Assembly (NCBI GenBank): GCA_964195515.1
Contig: CAXMQO010000036.1
Coordinates: 1 to 58,959, forward strand
Length of the DNA stretch: 58,959 bases
Direction: 5' to 3'
DNA from: an uncultured Saprospiraceae bacterium
GTDB taxonomy: Bacteria > Actinomycetota > Acidimicrobiia > Spongiisociales > UBA5794
Below, piece by piece: positions 37,824 to 46,901 of the stretch. Every line of letters starts with the position of its first letter. Positions within the stretch are counted from its first letter, which is position 1. The translations under genes were made by a program, and so were the position numbers. Below the pieces are notes generated by a model that was given only the letters and a program-made list of their open reading frames with translations, ran no database searches and was not told the DNA's origin.

Positions 37824-38508
37824 GGCCAACGGCATCCGCAGCGGCTACACCGGTGTGACGGTGATCAAGGACTTCGATTTCAGCGTGGAACACGAGATCT
37901 TCGCGATCCTCGGTGCGAACGGAGCAGGCAAGACGACCCTGCTCGCCACCCTGGCTCGGCTCATCCCCCTGATGGCTGGCCAGATGCAATTCGACGGAAC
38001 GGACATCACGACATCTCACCCCTGGGACACCGCTGCACTCGGTCTCGGATACGTGCCCCAGGAGAAAGGTATCTTCCCGGACCTGACCGTGCTAGAGAAC
38101 CTGCAAGTCGGAGCGATGATCGGCGACCGGCCTCGACAAGAACGGATCGACGAGATCGTCGAGTTGTTCCCCGACATCGGGAAGCGACATGCCCAGCTGG
38201 CAGGGACGCTGAGCGGCGGCGAGTCGCGAATGGTCGCCTGTGGACGGGCGCTGATGCAGGATCCTAAGATGTTGTTGCTGGACGAACCGACCGCCGGGCT
38301 CTCGCCGCTCTACGTCGACACATTCTTCGAGAAGATCCGAGAGATTCACGAATCGAAAGGCGTCAGCATCATCCTCGCGGAGCAGAACGCCACGAAGGCA
38401 CTCGAGATTTCCGATCGCGTCATGGTGCTGAACCTCGGTGAGGCGTCCGAGGTGCTCAACGCCTCCGACTTGACGACGGAGCAACTCAAAGAGGGGTATC
38501 GGATCTGA
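37816..38508 (+). CDS. ABC ATP-binding protein (LivF-like)
   Basis: ATG TTT GAG at 37816 on + strand (track label is wrong); GANGAGKT, LSGGE, LLLDEP. Confidence 0.92.
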   Translation: MFEANGIRSGYTGVTVIKDFDFSVEHEIFAILGANGAGKTTLLATLARLIPLMAGQMQFDGTDITTSHPWDTAALGLGYVPQEKGIFPDLTVLENLQVGAMIGDRPRQERIDEIVELFPDIGKRHAQLAGTLSGGESRMVACGRALMQDPKMLLLDEPTAGLSPLYVDTFFEKIREIHESKGVSIILAEQNATKALEISDRVMVLNLGEASEVLNASDLTTEQLKEGYRI

Positions 38509-38544
38509 TCGCCGTACGGCGATCCGTTTGGAGGAAAAGAAAGG

Positions 38545-39975
38545 ATGGGACGAATGCGAATACGCTCAAAGAGGTTCGCTAGCGGATTAATTCTGCTGTT
38601 CGTGCTTTCGTTGATCGCCGCTGCGTGCAGCAGTGATAGCACAGACGAGGCGAGCGACACGACCGTGGCAACCGAAACAACGGCAGCAACCGAAACAACC
38701 GAAGCAATGTCCAGCGAACCAGTCATCGTGTGTGAGCTCGCCTACTTCACAGGGGAGTTCGCAGCCTACGGACCGTCACTCACGGCGGATGTCGAGTTCC
38801 CGATCTCTCAGGTCATCAATCTCGATCCACCGCTCGGCCGCGAGTGGCAGCTCATCTCCGAAGATATCGGCACGCCCGGTGAGGCTCAGGCAGCTCGTAT
38901 CTGCCTCGAGCAACACAACGCTGAGGTCTTGGTGAGCCAGGCTCACGGCTATCGGACGTACCGCGACTTCATGCTGGAGTACCTTGCCGAGAATGACAAA
39001 CCGCTCGGACCAACGGTCCACGGCGGCGGCATCCCCGGGAATATCGGTGGAGTCGGTTCCGAACCGCTCTTCCGTGCCCAGGGACTCGACGAGGCGCTGG
39101 GGATGACCGGTGCCGTGGCCGCCCAGGCCGCTGGTGCTCAGTCCGTGGTCATCTTCGCAACCCAGGTCGAAGGCTTCCAGCTCGCCGCGGATGCGGCCGA
39201 GAAGACAGCTGCTGCACTCGGGATCGAAGTGCTTGACCGCATCGACGTTCCCGCGGAGCAGCCATCATACGGGGCCGAAGCCCAACTGATCGCTGGCCTG
39301 GACCCGGACGCCGTGATCGTGCAAGCAGGTTCGGTGGAGTCGGCCACGCTGATCAAGGCGGCTTCCGAAGCCGGCTTGTCCCTCGCATGGATCGGTGAGA
39401 CCGGCTGGATCCAGCCGGAGTTCATCGGAACCCTGGGAACGGATGCCATTGCCACCCAGGAGGGCATCGGCTACGCGGCGTTCGCCTACAACGACACAAC
39501 TCCCGCATGGGAGTTCTACCAGCCGCTGTGGGATGACACCCCCGGATACGGTGACCTGTACGGCCCGGCGACGGACCAGTACCACTTCTCGACGTACGAC
39601 GTGATGACACACACGGCGCTGGCCGTTGCGTACGCAGGTTCGTATGCGGCAAGTGCGTGGGCACCGGCGATGTTCGAGGTTGGGAACCCGCCTGGCACCA
39701 TGTGCTACAGCTATCCGGAGTGCAAGGCGTTGATCGACGCCGGTGAGGACATCGACTACGACGGTGTCACCGGACCCGGCACGTATAGCGCCGGCGGGGT
39801 CAACGTCATCGTTCAGTCATTCACCCCGTTCAATGACGACGGCACCATCGGTACGGCAGTCATTCTCGATCCGAAAGTTGCGCTGACGGTACTCGAGCAG
39901 ATCGCCATCCAGGCCGAGTGCGAAACTCCGAACCCGGCAGGGACGGATCCCGCATCACCGAAGTGTGAGTGGTAA
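38545..39975 (+). CDS. ABC solute-binding lipoprotein (PBP1 type)
   Basis: Lipobox AAAC, Thr-rich linker, DPPLGREWQLISED, DIDYDGVTG; last gene of the operon. Confidence 0.85.
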   Translation: MGRMRIRSKRFASGLILLFVLSLIAAACSSDSTDEASDTTVATETTAATETTEAMSSEPVIVCELAYFTGEFAAYGPSLTADVEFPISQVINLDPPLGREWQLISEDIGTPGEAQAARICLEQHNAEVLVSQAHGYRTYRDFMLEYLAENDKPLGPTVHGGGIPGNIGGVGSEPLFRAQGLDEALGMTGAVAAQAAGAQSVVIFATQVEGFQLAADAAEKTAAALGIEVLDRIDVPAEQPSYGAEAQLIAGLDPDAVIVQAGSVESATLIKAASEAGLSLAWIGETGWIQPEFIGTLGTDAIATQEGIGYAAFAYNDTTPAWEFYQPLWDDTPGYGDLYGPATDQYHFSTYDVMTHTALAVAYAGSYAASAWAPAMFEVGNPPGTMCYSYPECKALIDAGEDIDYDGVTGPGTYSAGGVNVIVQSFTPFNDDGTIGTAVILDPKVALTVLEQIAIQAECETPNPAGTDPASPKCEW

Positions 39976-40010
39976 GCGATAGTCAGTCCGAAGACAACGA
40001 GTAACACAGA

Positions 40011-40044
40011 AGAGGCGGCAGCGGGACCACCCGCTGCCGCCTCT
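40011..40044 (+). terminator. 15-bp stem-loop after SBP gene 2
   Basis: AGAGGCGGCAGCGGG-ACCA-CCCGCTGCCGCCTCT followed by CTCTAT. Confidence 0.75.
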
Positions 40045-40147
40045 CTCTATGAGAAGCGCCTCGTAGCTACTCCGGCGTTCCGCTACCTCTCGCCGACCCA
40101 ACACTCACACCACCAACGCCCGCGTGCAGTTCCCTTTTCCAAGATCC

Positions 40148-40162
40148 TCGATAATCGATTAT
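40148..40162. promoter_or_regulatory. Operator TCGATAATCGATTAT
   Basis: 70 nt upstream of the AhpD-PTP-PPDK-Tm-1 gene run. Confidence 0.72.
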
Positions 40163-40232
40163 GCTGCCCGAGTCGCTCTCGTCGAGGCTCAAATCCACCT
40201 CGGGAGACGCAGCCACAAGCAAAGGAGAACTC

Positions 40233-40850
40233 ATGTCCCGCCTCGAAGCGCTGCCCCTCGAAGAGGTTCCCGGCATGGAGGAGATCGCAGAACGGTACGA
40301 ACGGGTCTTCGGCTTCGTTCCCAACGGTGTGCGCATCATGGCTCGGCGGCCAGCGATCGTTGAGGGATTTCTCCACCTGCGCGGCGCCGTCTTCGATCCG
40401 GCGACGAGCGAGGTACCGCCCGAGCTGAAGGGCCTGATCGGGCATATCGCCAGCAAGACCGCAGGCTGCCGGTACTGCCAGGCCCACGCGATCTACGGTG
40501 CGGACCGCGCCGGAACGGACCGGGCTCGTCTCGACGAACTGTGGGAGTTCGAGACCAGCGATCTCTTCGACGAGTCCGAACGGGTCGCGTTGCGCTTCGC
40601 CGTCTCGGCTGCCGCCTCACCAAGCGGGGTCACCGACGAAGACTTCGTGCGACTGAACGAGTACTGGGACGACGGACAGATCGTCGAGATCCTCGCCGTC
40701 GTCGCGCTCTACGGATTCCTCAACCGGTGGAACGACTCACTCGCCACCACCCTCGAAGAGCCGTCCCAGACGGTCACCGAAGAGGTCCTCGGTTCGAAGG
40801 GCTGGGAAGTCGGCAAGCATCGTCGCAATGAGGCGGCGGACGTTGACTGA
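40233..40850 (+). CDS. Carboxymuconolactone decarboxylase/AhpD-like peroxidase
   Basis: GFVPN, AGCRYCQAH (CxxC), SERVAL, QIVEIL; AAGGAG before ATG 40233. Confidence 0.85.
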   Translation: MSRLEALPLEEVPGMEEIAERYERVFGFVPNGVRIMARRPAIVEGFLHLRGAVFDPATSEVPPELKGLIGHIASKTAGCRYCQAHAIYGADRAGTDRARLDELWEFETSDLFDESERVALRFAVSAAASPSGVTDEDFVRLNEYWDDGQIVEILAVVALYGFLNRWNDSLATTLEEPSQTVTEEVLGSKGWEVGKHRRNEAADVD

Positions 40851-41640
40851 AGCATCCTCCCCCACCGCGACCGTGGTGGTCGACGGAGCGCCGAACTTCC
40901 GCGATGTCGGCGGGTACGAGACGGCCGATGGTCGCCGCGTCCGCTACGGCAAGCTGTTCCGCTCAGGGATGCTGGTCGGCGTCTCCGACGATGGCGTCGC
41001 AACACTTGACGCCCTCGGAATCCGAACGGTCGTCGATCTGCGAACCCAGGTCGAGGTCGATGCGCTCGGGCCCGATCGCCTGCCGGAAGGCACGCGCGTC
41101 GTACAGATCCGGATCCCCAGCGCCGGGGCCGACCCGATGGTCGTCGAGGCACTCAAGACCGGCCACTTCCCCTACCTCCCCGATCTCGTGTCTGCAAACC
41201 GGGCCTACATCACCGATGACGCCGTCCAGTTCGGCGACCTCTTCGCGCTGCTCACCGACTCGGCCAACCTCCCCGTCATCATCCATTGCCTCGGGGGGAA
41301 GGACCGGACCGGCGTGAGCATCGCTCTGCTGCTCACGATCCTCGGCGTCCCATGGCCGATCGTGCGACAGGACTACCTCCTCTCAAACGTCTACTTCGCG
41401 AACTCGGCCGGTGACCAACCAGACTCCCTGAACCGGGTCATGGAGCGAAGCCTCGGTCATGCCCCCGACTTCGGTGACGAGGAGTCAAGGAGGGAATTCT
41501 TTGTGCTTCGTCCCGAGTACATCGACGTCGTGCTCGACGAGACCACGAAGAACGGGCGTACCTTTGACGAGTTCGTCCGGGACGAACTGAGACTCTCGGC
41601 CGCAAACGTGGAACGACTCCGCGCGGATTTTCTGGAGTGA
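40828..41640 (+). CDS. Tyrosine-protein phosphatase family (PtpB/Y_phosphatase3-like)
   Basis: NFRDVGG, LFRSG, VDLRT, HCLGGKDRTG (CX5R), DYLLSN. Confidence 0.9.
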   Translation: MRRRTLTEASSPTATVVVDGAPNFRDVGGYETADGRRVRYGKLFRSGMLVGVSDDGVATLDALGIRTVVDLRTQVEVDALGPDRLPEGTRVVQIRIPSAGADPMVVEALKTGHFPYLPDLVSANRAYITDDAVQFGDLFALLTDSANLPVIIHCLGGKDRTGVSIALLLTILGVPWPIVRQDYLLSNVYFANSAGDQPDSLNRVMERSLGHAPDFGDEESRREFFVLRPEYIDVVLDETTKNGRTFDEFVRDELRLSAANVERLRADFLE

Positions 41641-41703
41641 ACGATGAATCGGACACGAAGACGTGTATGACAAACAGAACAACCGATCGGGGAGATTGAC
41701 GAG

Positions 41704-43863
41704 ATGACCTACGTCTATGCATTCGACCACCAGCACGAGGGCTCGTTCGACGAGACCAAGGCACTCGTCGGCGGCAAAGGGGCGAACCTCGCGGTGATGA
41801 CGAGCGAGTTGGGTCTTCCGGTCCCCCCCGGGTTCACGATTTCAACAGAGGCGTGCCGGTTGTACCTCGCCGAGGGCTGGCCGCCCGGCCTCGACACCGA
41901 ACTGCGCGACCACATCGGTCGTGTCGAGGCGGCCGTCGGACGGCGATTCGGAGATCCCTCTAATCCGCTGCTCGTCAGCGTCCGCTCCGGAGCATCGGTC
42001 TCGATGCCGGGCATGATGGACACGATCCTCAACCTCGGTATCAACGACGCCACCGAGCAAGGACTGGTCACGGTCTCAGGGGATCCTGAGTTCGTTGCGG
42101 CGTGTCGCGGCCGCTTCGTCTCGACGTACCGCGAGGTCGTCGGTGTCGCCGAGGTTCCGGTGGACCCCTTCGACCAGCTTCGTGGGGCAGTCGAGGCGGT
42201 CTTCCGCTCCTGGAATGGCGATCGTGCCCGTGCCTACCGCACCCACGAGAGGATTCCCGATGACCTCGGCACCGGGGTCACGGTCCAGGCGATGGTGTTC
42301 GGCAACAGCGGTCCGAACTCGGCGACGGGAGTCGTGTTCACTCGCAACCCCGCAACCGGCGAACGGGTCCTCTACGGGGACGTCCTCTTCAACGCACAGG
42401 GCGAAGACGTCGTGGCAGGAACTCACGCAACACAACCCATCGCCTACCTCGACGAACGGGAACCGGTGATCGCAGAGGAACTCAAACGTTATGCCGACCA
42501 CCTCGAACGTCACTACGTGGACGTGTGCGACATCGAGTTCACGATCGAAGCAGGTCGGCTGTGGATGCTGCAGACGCGGATCGGCAAACGCTGCCCGGAG
42601 GCGGCCCTCCGTATCGCCAAGGAGATGGCCGAGGATCCCGACTTCCCACTCTCGCGTCGCGAAGCCGTGATCCGAGTCGCGGATCATCTCGCGTCGCCTC
42701 CCACCGCGGCTACGAAGCGCTCGGCGGAGGCGGCGCCCATCGTCACGGGTCTCGGTGCTTCCCCAGGGCTCGTCGCCGGAGAGATCGTAACAACACCCAA
42801 TGCCGCCGTGGAAGCCGTCGCGAAGGGCAGGTCGGTCATTCTCGTCCGCAGGGAGACCTCCCCCGACGACGTTCATGGCATGGCGGCCGCCGCGGGCATC
42901 CTCACGGCGACCGGGGGCCTCGCCTCCCACGCCGCCGTCGTCGCCCGGGGTTGGGGAATCCCGGCGGTAGTGGGCGCCGCAGCGATGGAGATCGGAGAAG
43001 CGACGGTGGCGATCGGCGACCACGTTCTCGTCGTTGGCGATGCCTTGACCATCGACGGCGGCACGGGCGAAGTCTTCCTCGGTGAGATCGTCGGAGAAGC
43101 AGTCGTCGTGCCCGAAGCCGAGCAGCTTCTCTCCTGGGCGGACGAGTTGGGGATCGAAATCGTCCCGATCGATGAGCAGGAGACAGAACCGACGGACGCC
43201 AACGACACCGGGAACAGTGGAGGTCAAACCATGTGCAGTAGCTCCGCAACCGTCGAGGCGATGGTGCGCCTCCTCGGCATCAAAGGATTCGCGACTTCAG
43301 ACGCGGCCGCGGCCGCTCTCCTGACGACGGAGGAGGACGCCACCGGGATCCTCCATCAGATGGCTGCAGACGGCCTGGTCACGACGATGGGTGCCATGTT
43401 CAGCCTCACCGACGACGGAAAGGCGGTCGCGGGAGAGCTCCTCGCCGTAGACCAGGAAGCATGGGGTGCGGACGATGCCCTGGCGGCGCTCGATAGCTTC
43501 CTCGCTCTGGACGGCCGCATCAAACAAATCGTTACGGACTGGCAGATGCGAGAAGTCGACGGCCTCCCAGTGCTCAACGACCATGCCGACTCGGACTACG
43601 ACGCAGCGGTCCTCACGGACCTCGAAGCGCTCCACGTCGACGCGGACGCGTGGCTCAATCGACTGCGTGGAGAGCTACCTCGGCTGGGCGCATACGCCGC
43701 GAGACTCGGTCGGGCGGCGGGATTCATAGCCGAGGGCGACTACGCCTACATCGCTTCCCCCCGACTGGACAGCTACCACAACGTCTGGTTCGAACTCCAC
43801 GAGGATCTCATTCTGCTCGCCGGTCGCACGCGGGAGGACGAGGTCGCGTCGGGCCGCGCCTGA
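41704..43863 (+). CDS. Truncated pyruvate phosphate dikinase (ATP-grasp + His swivel) fused to an Rv1126c-like C-terminal domain
   Basis: GGKGANL, LLVSVRSGA, PGMMDTILNLG, QGEDVVAG, GGLASHAAVVARG; no PEP-binding TIM barrel; C-terminus IVTDWQ...DSYHNVWFELHEDL. Confidence 0.8.
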   Translation: MTYVYAFDHQHEGSFDETKALVGGKGANLAVMTSELGLPVPPGFTISTEACRLYLAEGWPPGLDTELRDHIGRVEAAVGRRFGDPSNPLLVSVRSGASVSMPGMMDTILNLGINDATEQGLVTVSGDPEFVAACRGRFVSTYREVVGVAEVPVDPFDQLRGAVEAVFRSWNGDRARAYRTHERIPDDLGTGVTVQAMVFGNSGPNSATGVVFTRNPATGERVLYGDVLFNAQGEDVVAGTHATQPIAYLDEREPVIAEELKRYADHLERHYVDVCDIEFTIEAGRLWMLQTRIGKRCPEAALRIAKEMAEDPDFPLSRREAVIRVADHLASPPTAATKRSAEAAPIVTGLGASPGLVAGEIVTTPNAAVEAVAKGRSVILVRRETSPDDVHGMAAAAGILTATGGLASHAAVVARGWGIPAVVGAAAMEIGEATVAIGDHVLVVGDALTIDGGTGEVFLGEIVGEAVVVPEAEQLLSWADELGIEIVPIDEQETEPTDANDTGNSGGQTMCSSSATVEAMVRLLGIKGFATSDAAAAALLTTEEDATGILHQMAADGLVTTMGAMFSLTDDGKAVAGELLAVDQEAWGADDALAALDSFLALDGRIKQIVTDWQMREVDGLPVLNDHADSDYDAAVLTDLEALHVDADAWLNRLRGELPRLGAYAARLGRAAGFIAEGDYAYIASPRLDSYHNVWFELHEDLILLAGRTREDEVASGRA

Positions 43864-43904
43864 GTTCCGGAGAGCGTTCACGCTGATAGCGATAGCCTGA
43901 TCAC

Positions 43905-45188
43905 ATGGCCACAGCGGTACTCCTCGGAACACTCGACACGAAGGGAGGCGAGTATGCCTTCCTCCGAGATCGCGTAATCGAAGCCGGCTGCGATGTCGTG
44001 ATGATCAACGCCGGCGTGCTCGGTGACCCCGAGTACCCGGTTGCCTTCGGTCGGACCGACGTCGCTCATGAGGCAGGGGCCGACATCGAGACCCTCGTGG
44101 CAGCCGGAGACCGCGGCGCCGCCGTCACGGCTATGGCCGAAGGGGCGACCGCTCTTGTCCTTCGCCTGTGTGAGGAAGGCCGGATCCACGGCGTCCTCGG
44201 TATCGGCGGTTCCGGCGGTTCCTCGATCATCAGCCAGGCCATGCGGAAACTCCCGATCGGCTTCCCCAAACTCCTCGTGTCAACGATGGGTGCGGGCGAC
44301 GTAAGCGCCTTCGTCGGCACGTCGGACATCGCCATGATGTACTCGGTGGTCGACATCGCCGGTATCAACGCGGTCTCGTCGAGCATCCTCGGCAACGCCG
44401 CCGCGGGCCTGGCAGGCATGGCCAAAGCCTTCGAGGTCCGTGATCCGTCCGTCGACGGCCGTCCGCTCATCGGTGCGACGATGTATGGAACCACCACGCC
44501 GTGCGTCAATGCCGCCCGTGCCGTGCTGCAGGAGTTGGGATACGAAGTCCTGGTCTTCCACGCGACCGGGACCGGCGGTCGTTCGATGGAAGCCCTCATG
44601 AAGAGCGGCTACATCACTGCGGCACTCGACGTTACGACCACCGAACTCACCGACGAGATCGCTGGCGGAACGCTCACGGCCGGTCCTGACCGTCTGGAGG
44701 CGGCCGGCGATCTCGGTCTTCCGCAGGTGGTCTCGATCGGCGCAACCGACCAGATCACGTTCACTCCCCCGAGTGCCGTGCCCACCGAATACTGGGACCG
44801 CAACTGCTACGCCCACAACCCCAGCATCACTCTCGTGCGCACCAATGCAGAAGAGAGCGACGAATTGGGTCGTATGCTCGCCGAGAAGCTCAACCGGGCC
44901 ACCGGACCGGTCTCGCTCTTCGTTCCACTCCGCGGCGCCTCGTCCTATGCAGTCGCCGGTGCCGTCTTCCACGACCCGATCGCCGATGAAGCCCTGGTCT
45001 CGAGCCTCCGCACGCATCTCGACTCGACGGTGGAGTTGATCGAGATGGACACCGACATCAACGATCCCATCTTCGCGGAAGCCATGGCGCGTCGCCTCGA
45101 TCAGCACTACCGGACATGGTCGAAGGCTCGCTCCAACTCGGCCGACGTCGGGCAGTCCACGTCACCAGCGTCTCCACCGACTGGGTAG
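43905..45188 (+). CDS. Tm-1-like ATP-binding domain protein (UPF0261)
   Basis: LLGTLDTKG, GGSGG, LPIGFPKLLVST, VVDIAGIN, FHATGTGG, INDPIFA. Confidence 0.88.
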   Translation: MATAVLLGTLDTKGGEYAFLRDRVIEAGCDVVMINAGVLGDPEYPVAFGRTDVAHEAGADIETLVAAGDRGAAVTAMAEGATALVLRLCEEGRIHGVLGIGGSGGSSIISQAMRKLPIGFPKLLVSTMGAGDVSAFVGTSDIAMMYSVVDIAGINAVSSSILGNAAAGLAGMAKAFEVRDPSVDGRPLIGATMYGTTTPCVNAARAVLQELGYEVLVFHATGTGGRSMEALMKSGYITAALDVTTTELTDEIAGGTLTAGPDRLEAAGDLGLPQVVSIGATDQITFTPPSAVPTEYWDRNCYAHNPSITLVRTNAEESDELGRMLAEKLNRATGPVSLFVPLRGASSYAVAGAVFHDPIADEALVSSLRTHLDSTVELIEMDTDINDPIFAEAMARRLDQHYRTWSKARSNSADVGQSTSPASPPTG

Positions 45189-45198
45189 CCGCCGGACG

Positions 45199-46713
45199 TT
45201 AGGTCCGCGAAATGGTTCCTTCCCACGTGTCGACCCGCTCGCCCTTCATGGCTTCCTCGTCGAACCAGAAACTCGTGACAGCCTTCGTCTCGGTGTAGAA
45301 CATGACTCCATCGCGTCCCATGACGTGGAGGTCACCGAAGAAGCTGTTCTTGTGCCCGCTGAACGGGAACACCGAGATGGGAACCGGGATGCCAACGTTG
45401 ACGCCGACCATGCCGGCGTCGATGCGGCGAGCGAACTCACGTGCGTAGTAGCCGCTCTGGGTGAAGATCGAAGCACCGTTGGCAAACTCGCTGGAGTTGA
45501 TGAGTTCAACACCCTCATTGAAGTCGGCGACCCGCTTCACATACAAGACGGGGCCGAACACCTCTTCATTGCCGCACGACATCTCCGGCTTGACGTGGTC
45601 GAACACGGTCGGGCCCATGAAGAAGCCGCCTTCATGGCCTTCGACCTCGACTGTCCGCCCGTCGAGCACAGCCACGGCACCCTCGTCGATCGACTTGTCG
45701 ATCCAGCCGTTGACAAACGCGAAGTGCTCGGCATTGACGAGTGGGCCCATCTCGGTCGACTCATCGTACGCGGGGCCGATCTTGAGGTCCTTCGCGAGTT
45801 CAGTGATCGTTGCGACGAGTTCATCTGCGATCGATTCCTCGACGGCGATGGCGGGGAGCGCCATGCAGCGCTCGCCGGCGCATCCGAACGCCGAGTTGAT
45901 GATCCGCTGTGCGGTTGCTCGAATCGGAGCGTCGGCGAGCACGAGCGCATGGTTCTTTGCCTCGGTGAGTGCCTGCACCCGCTTGCCGTTCGCCGAAGCA
46001 GTGGAGTAGATGTGCTTACCAACGGCCGTGGATCCGACGAAGCTCACGCCTTTGACCTTCGGATGCACGAGCAGTCGTTCGGCCTCGTGTCGGGAGCAGG
46101 TCACCAGATTGAAGACACCGGGCGGCAACCCGGCCTCTTCCAGCAGTTCGGCCATCCGCATCGCCGTTTGCGGCACATACGAGGCAGCCTTGAGAACGAA
46201 GGTGTTGCCGGTCGTGACGGCAAGCGGCATCATCCATCCCATCGGGATCATTGCCGGGAAGTTCCAGGGCACGATCCCGGCGAAGACGCCCAGCGGCTCA
46301 CGGAACGTTACCGTGTCGAAGCCGGTGGCAACATTCATGAGGGAGTCACCCATCATCGTGACCGGCGCCGCACACGCGAGTTCGACAACCTCGATCGCCT
46401 TCAGCACATCGCCTCGAGCCTCGGTGTAGCTCTTCCCCATCTCGGTTGCGAGCAGCATTGACAGGTCGTGCAGATTGTCTTCGAGCAGGCCCTTGAGACG
46501 GAACATCACCTGAACGCGCTTGGTGATCGGAGTGTCGCGCCACCCGGGGAACGCTGCGGCTGCAGCCTCGACCGCTGCATCGACTTCCTCCGCCGTGCAG
46601 CGGGGGGCTTCGGCCATCACTTCGCCGGTGCTGCTGTTGGTGATCTCGTAGTAGACACCGCTCTCGGTGTCCTTCCACTCGCCTGCTACCAGATACTTCA
46701 GACGTTTCGGCAT
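45199..46713 (-). CDS. mmsA: CoA-acylating (methyl)malonate-semialdehyde dehydrogenase
   Basis: PWNFPAMIP, FVGST, AKNH, AFGCAGERCMA, EEVFGP, FSGHKNSFFGDLH. Confidence 0.92.
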   Translation of the reverse strand: MPKRLKYLVAGEWKDTESGVYYEITNSSTGEVMAEAPRCTAEEVDAAVEAAAAAFPGWRDTPITKRVQVMFRLKGLLEDNLHDLSMLLATEMGKSYTEARGDVLKAIEVVELACAAPVTMMGDSLMNVATGFDTVTFREPLGVFAGIVPWNFPAMIPMGWMMPLAVTTGNTFVLKAASYVPQTAMRMAELLEEAGLPPGVFNLVTCSRHEAERLLVHPKVKGVSFVGSTAVGKHIYSTASANGKRVQALTEAKNHALVLADAPIRATAQRIINSAFGCAGERCMALPAIAVEESIADELVATITELAKDLKIGPAYDESTEMGPLVNAEHFAFVNGWIDKSIDEGAVAVLDGRTVEVEGHEGGFFMGPTVFDHVKPEMSCGNEEVFGPVLYVKRVADFNEGVELINSSEFANGASIFTQSGYYAREFARRIDAGMVGVNVGIPVPISVFPFSGHKNSFFGDLHVMGRDGVMFYTETKAVTSFWFDEEAMKGERVDTWEGTISRT

Positions 46714-46757
46714 GAACCCACTCCTCCTCGACGGCAGACTCGGATGGTCTCAGTAGA

Positions 46758-46772
46758 ATAATCGATTATCGA
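46758..46772. promoter_or_regulatory. Operator (minus-strand TCGATAATCGATTAT)
   Basis: Between divergent mmsA and MFS genes, 45 nt upstream of mmsA. Confidence 0.72.
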
Positions 46773-46901
46773 CAATATCTCGAATTGGCCATCGCGTCGA
46801 GTGCCCCCTCTTCGCTCCGTGCACAGGTGCGTCCGATCCCGCGACTGAGCGCCGCCGGCGTTGTGTGATCATAGAAACATGACGAGGACCATTGGCATCA
46901 C

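Noticed and set aside
41704-43863. Annotation as functional ppdK
   Set aside because: The C-terminal PEP/pyruvate-binding barrel is absent, so the gene symbol is withheld
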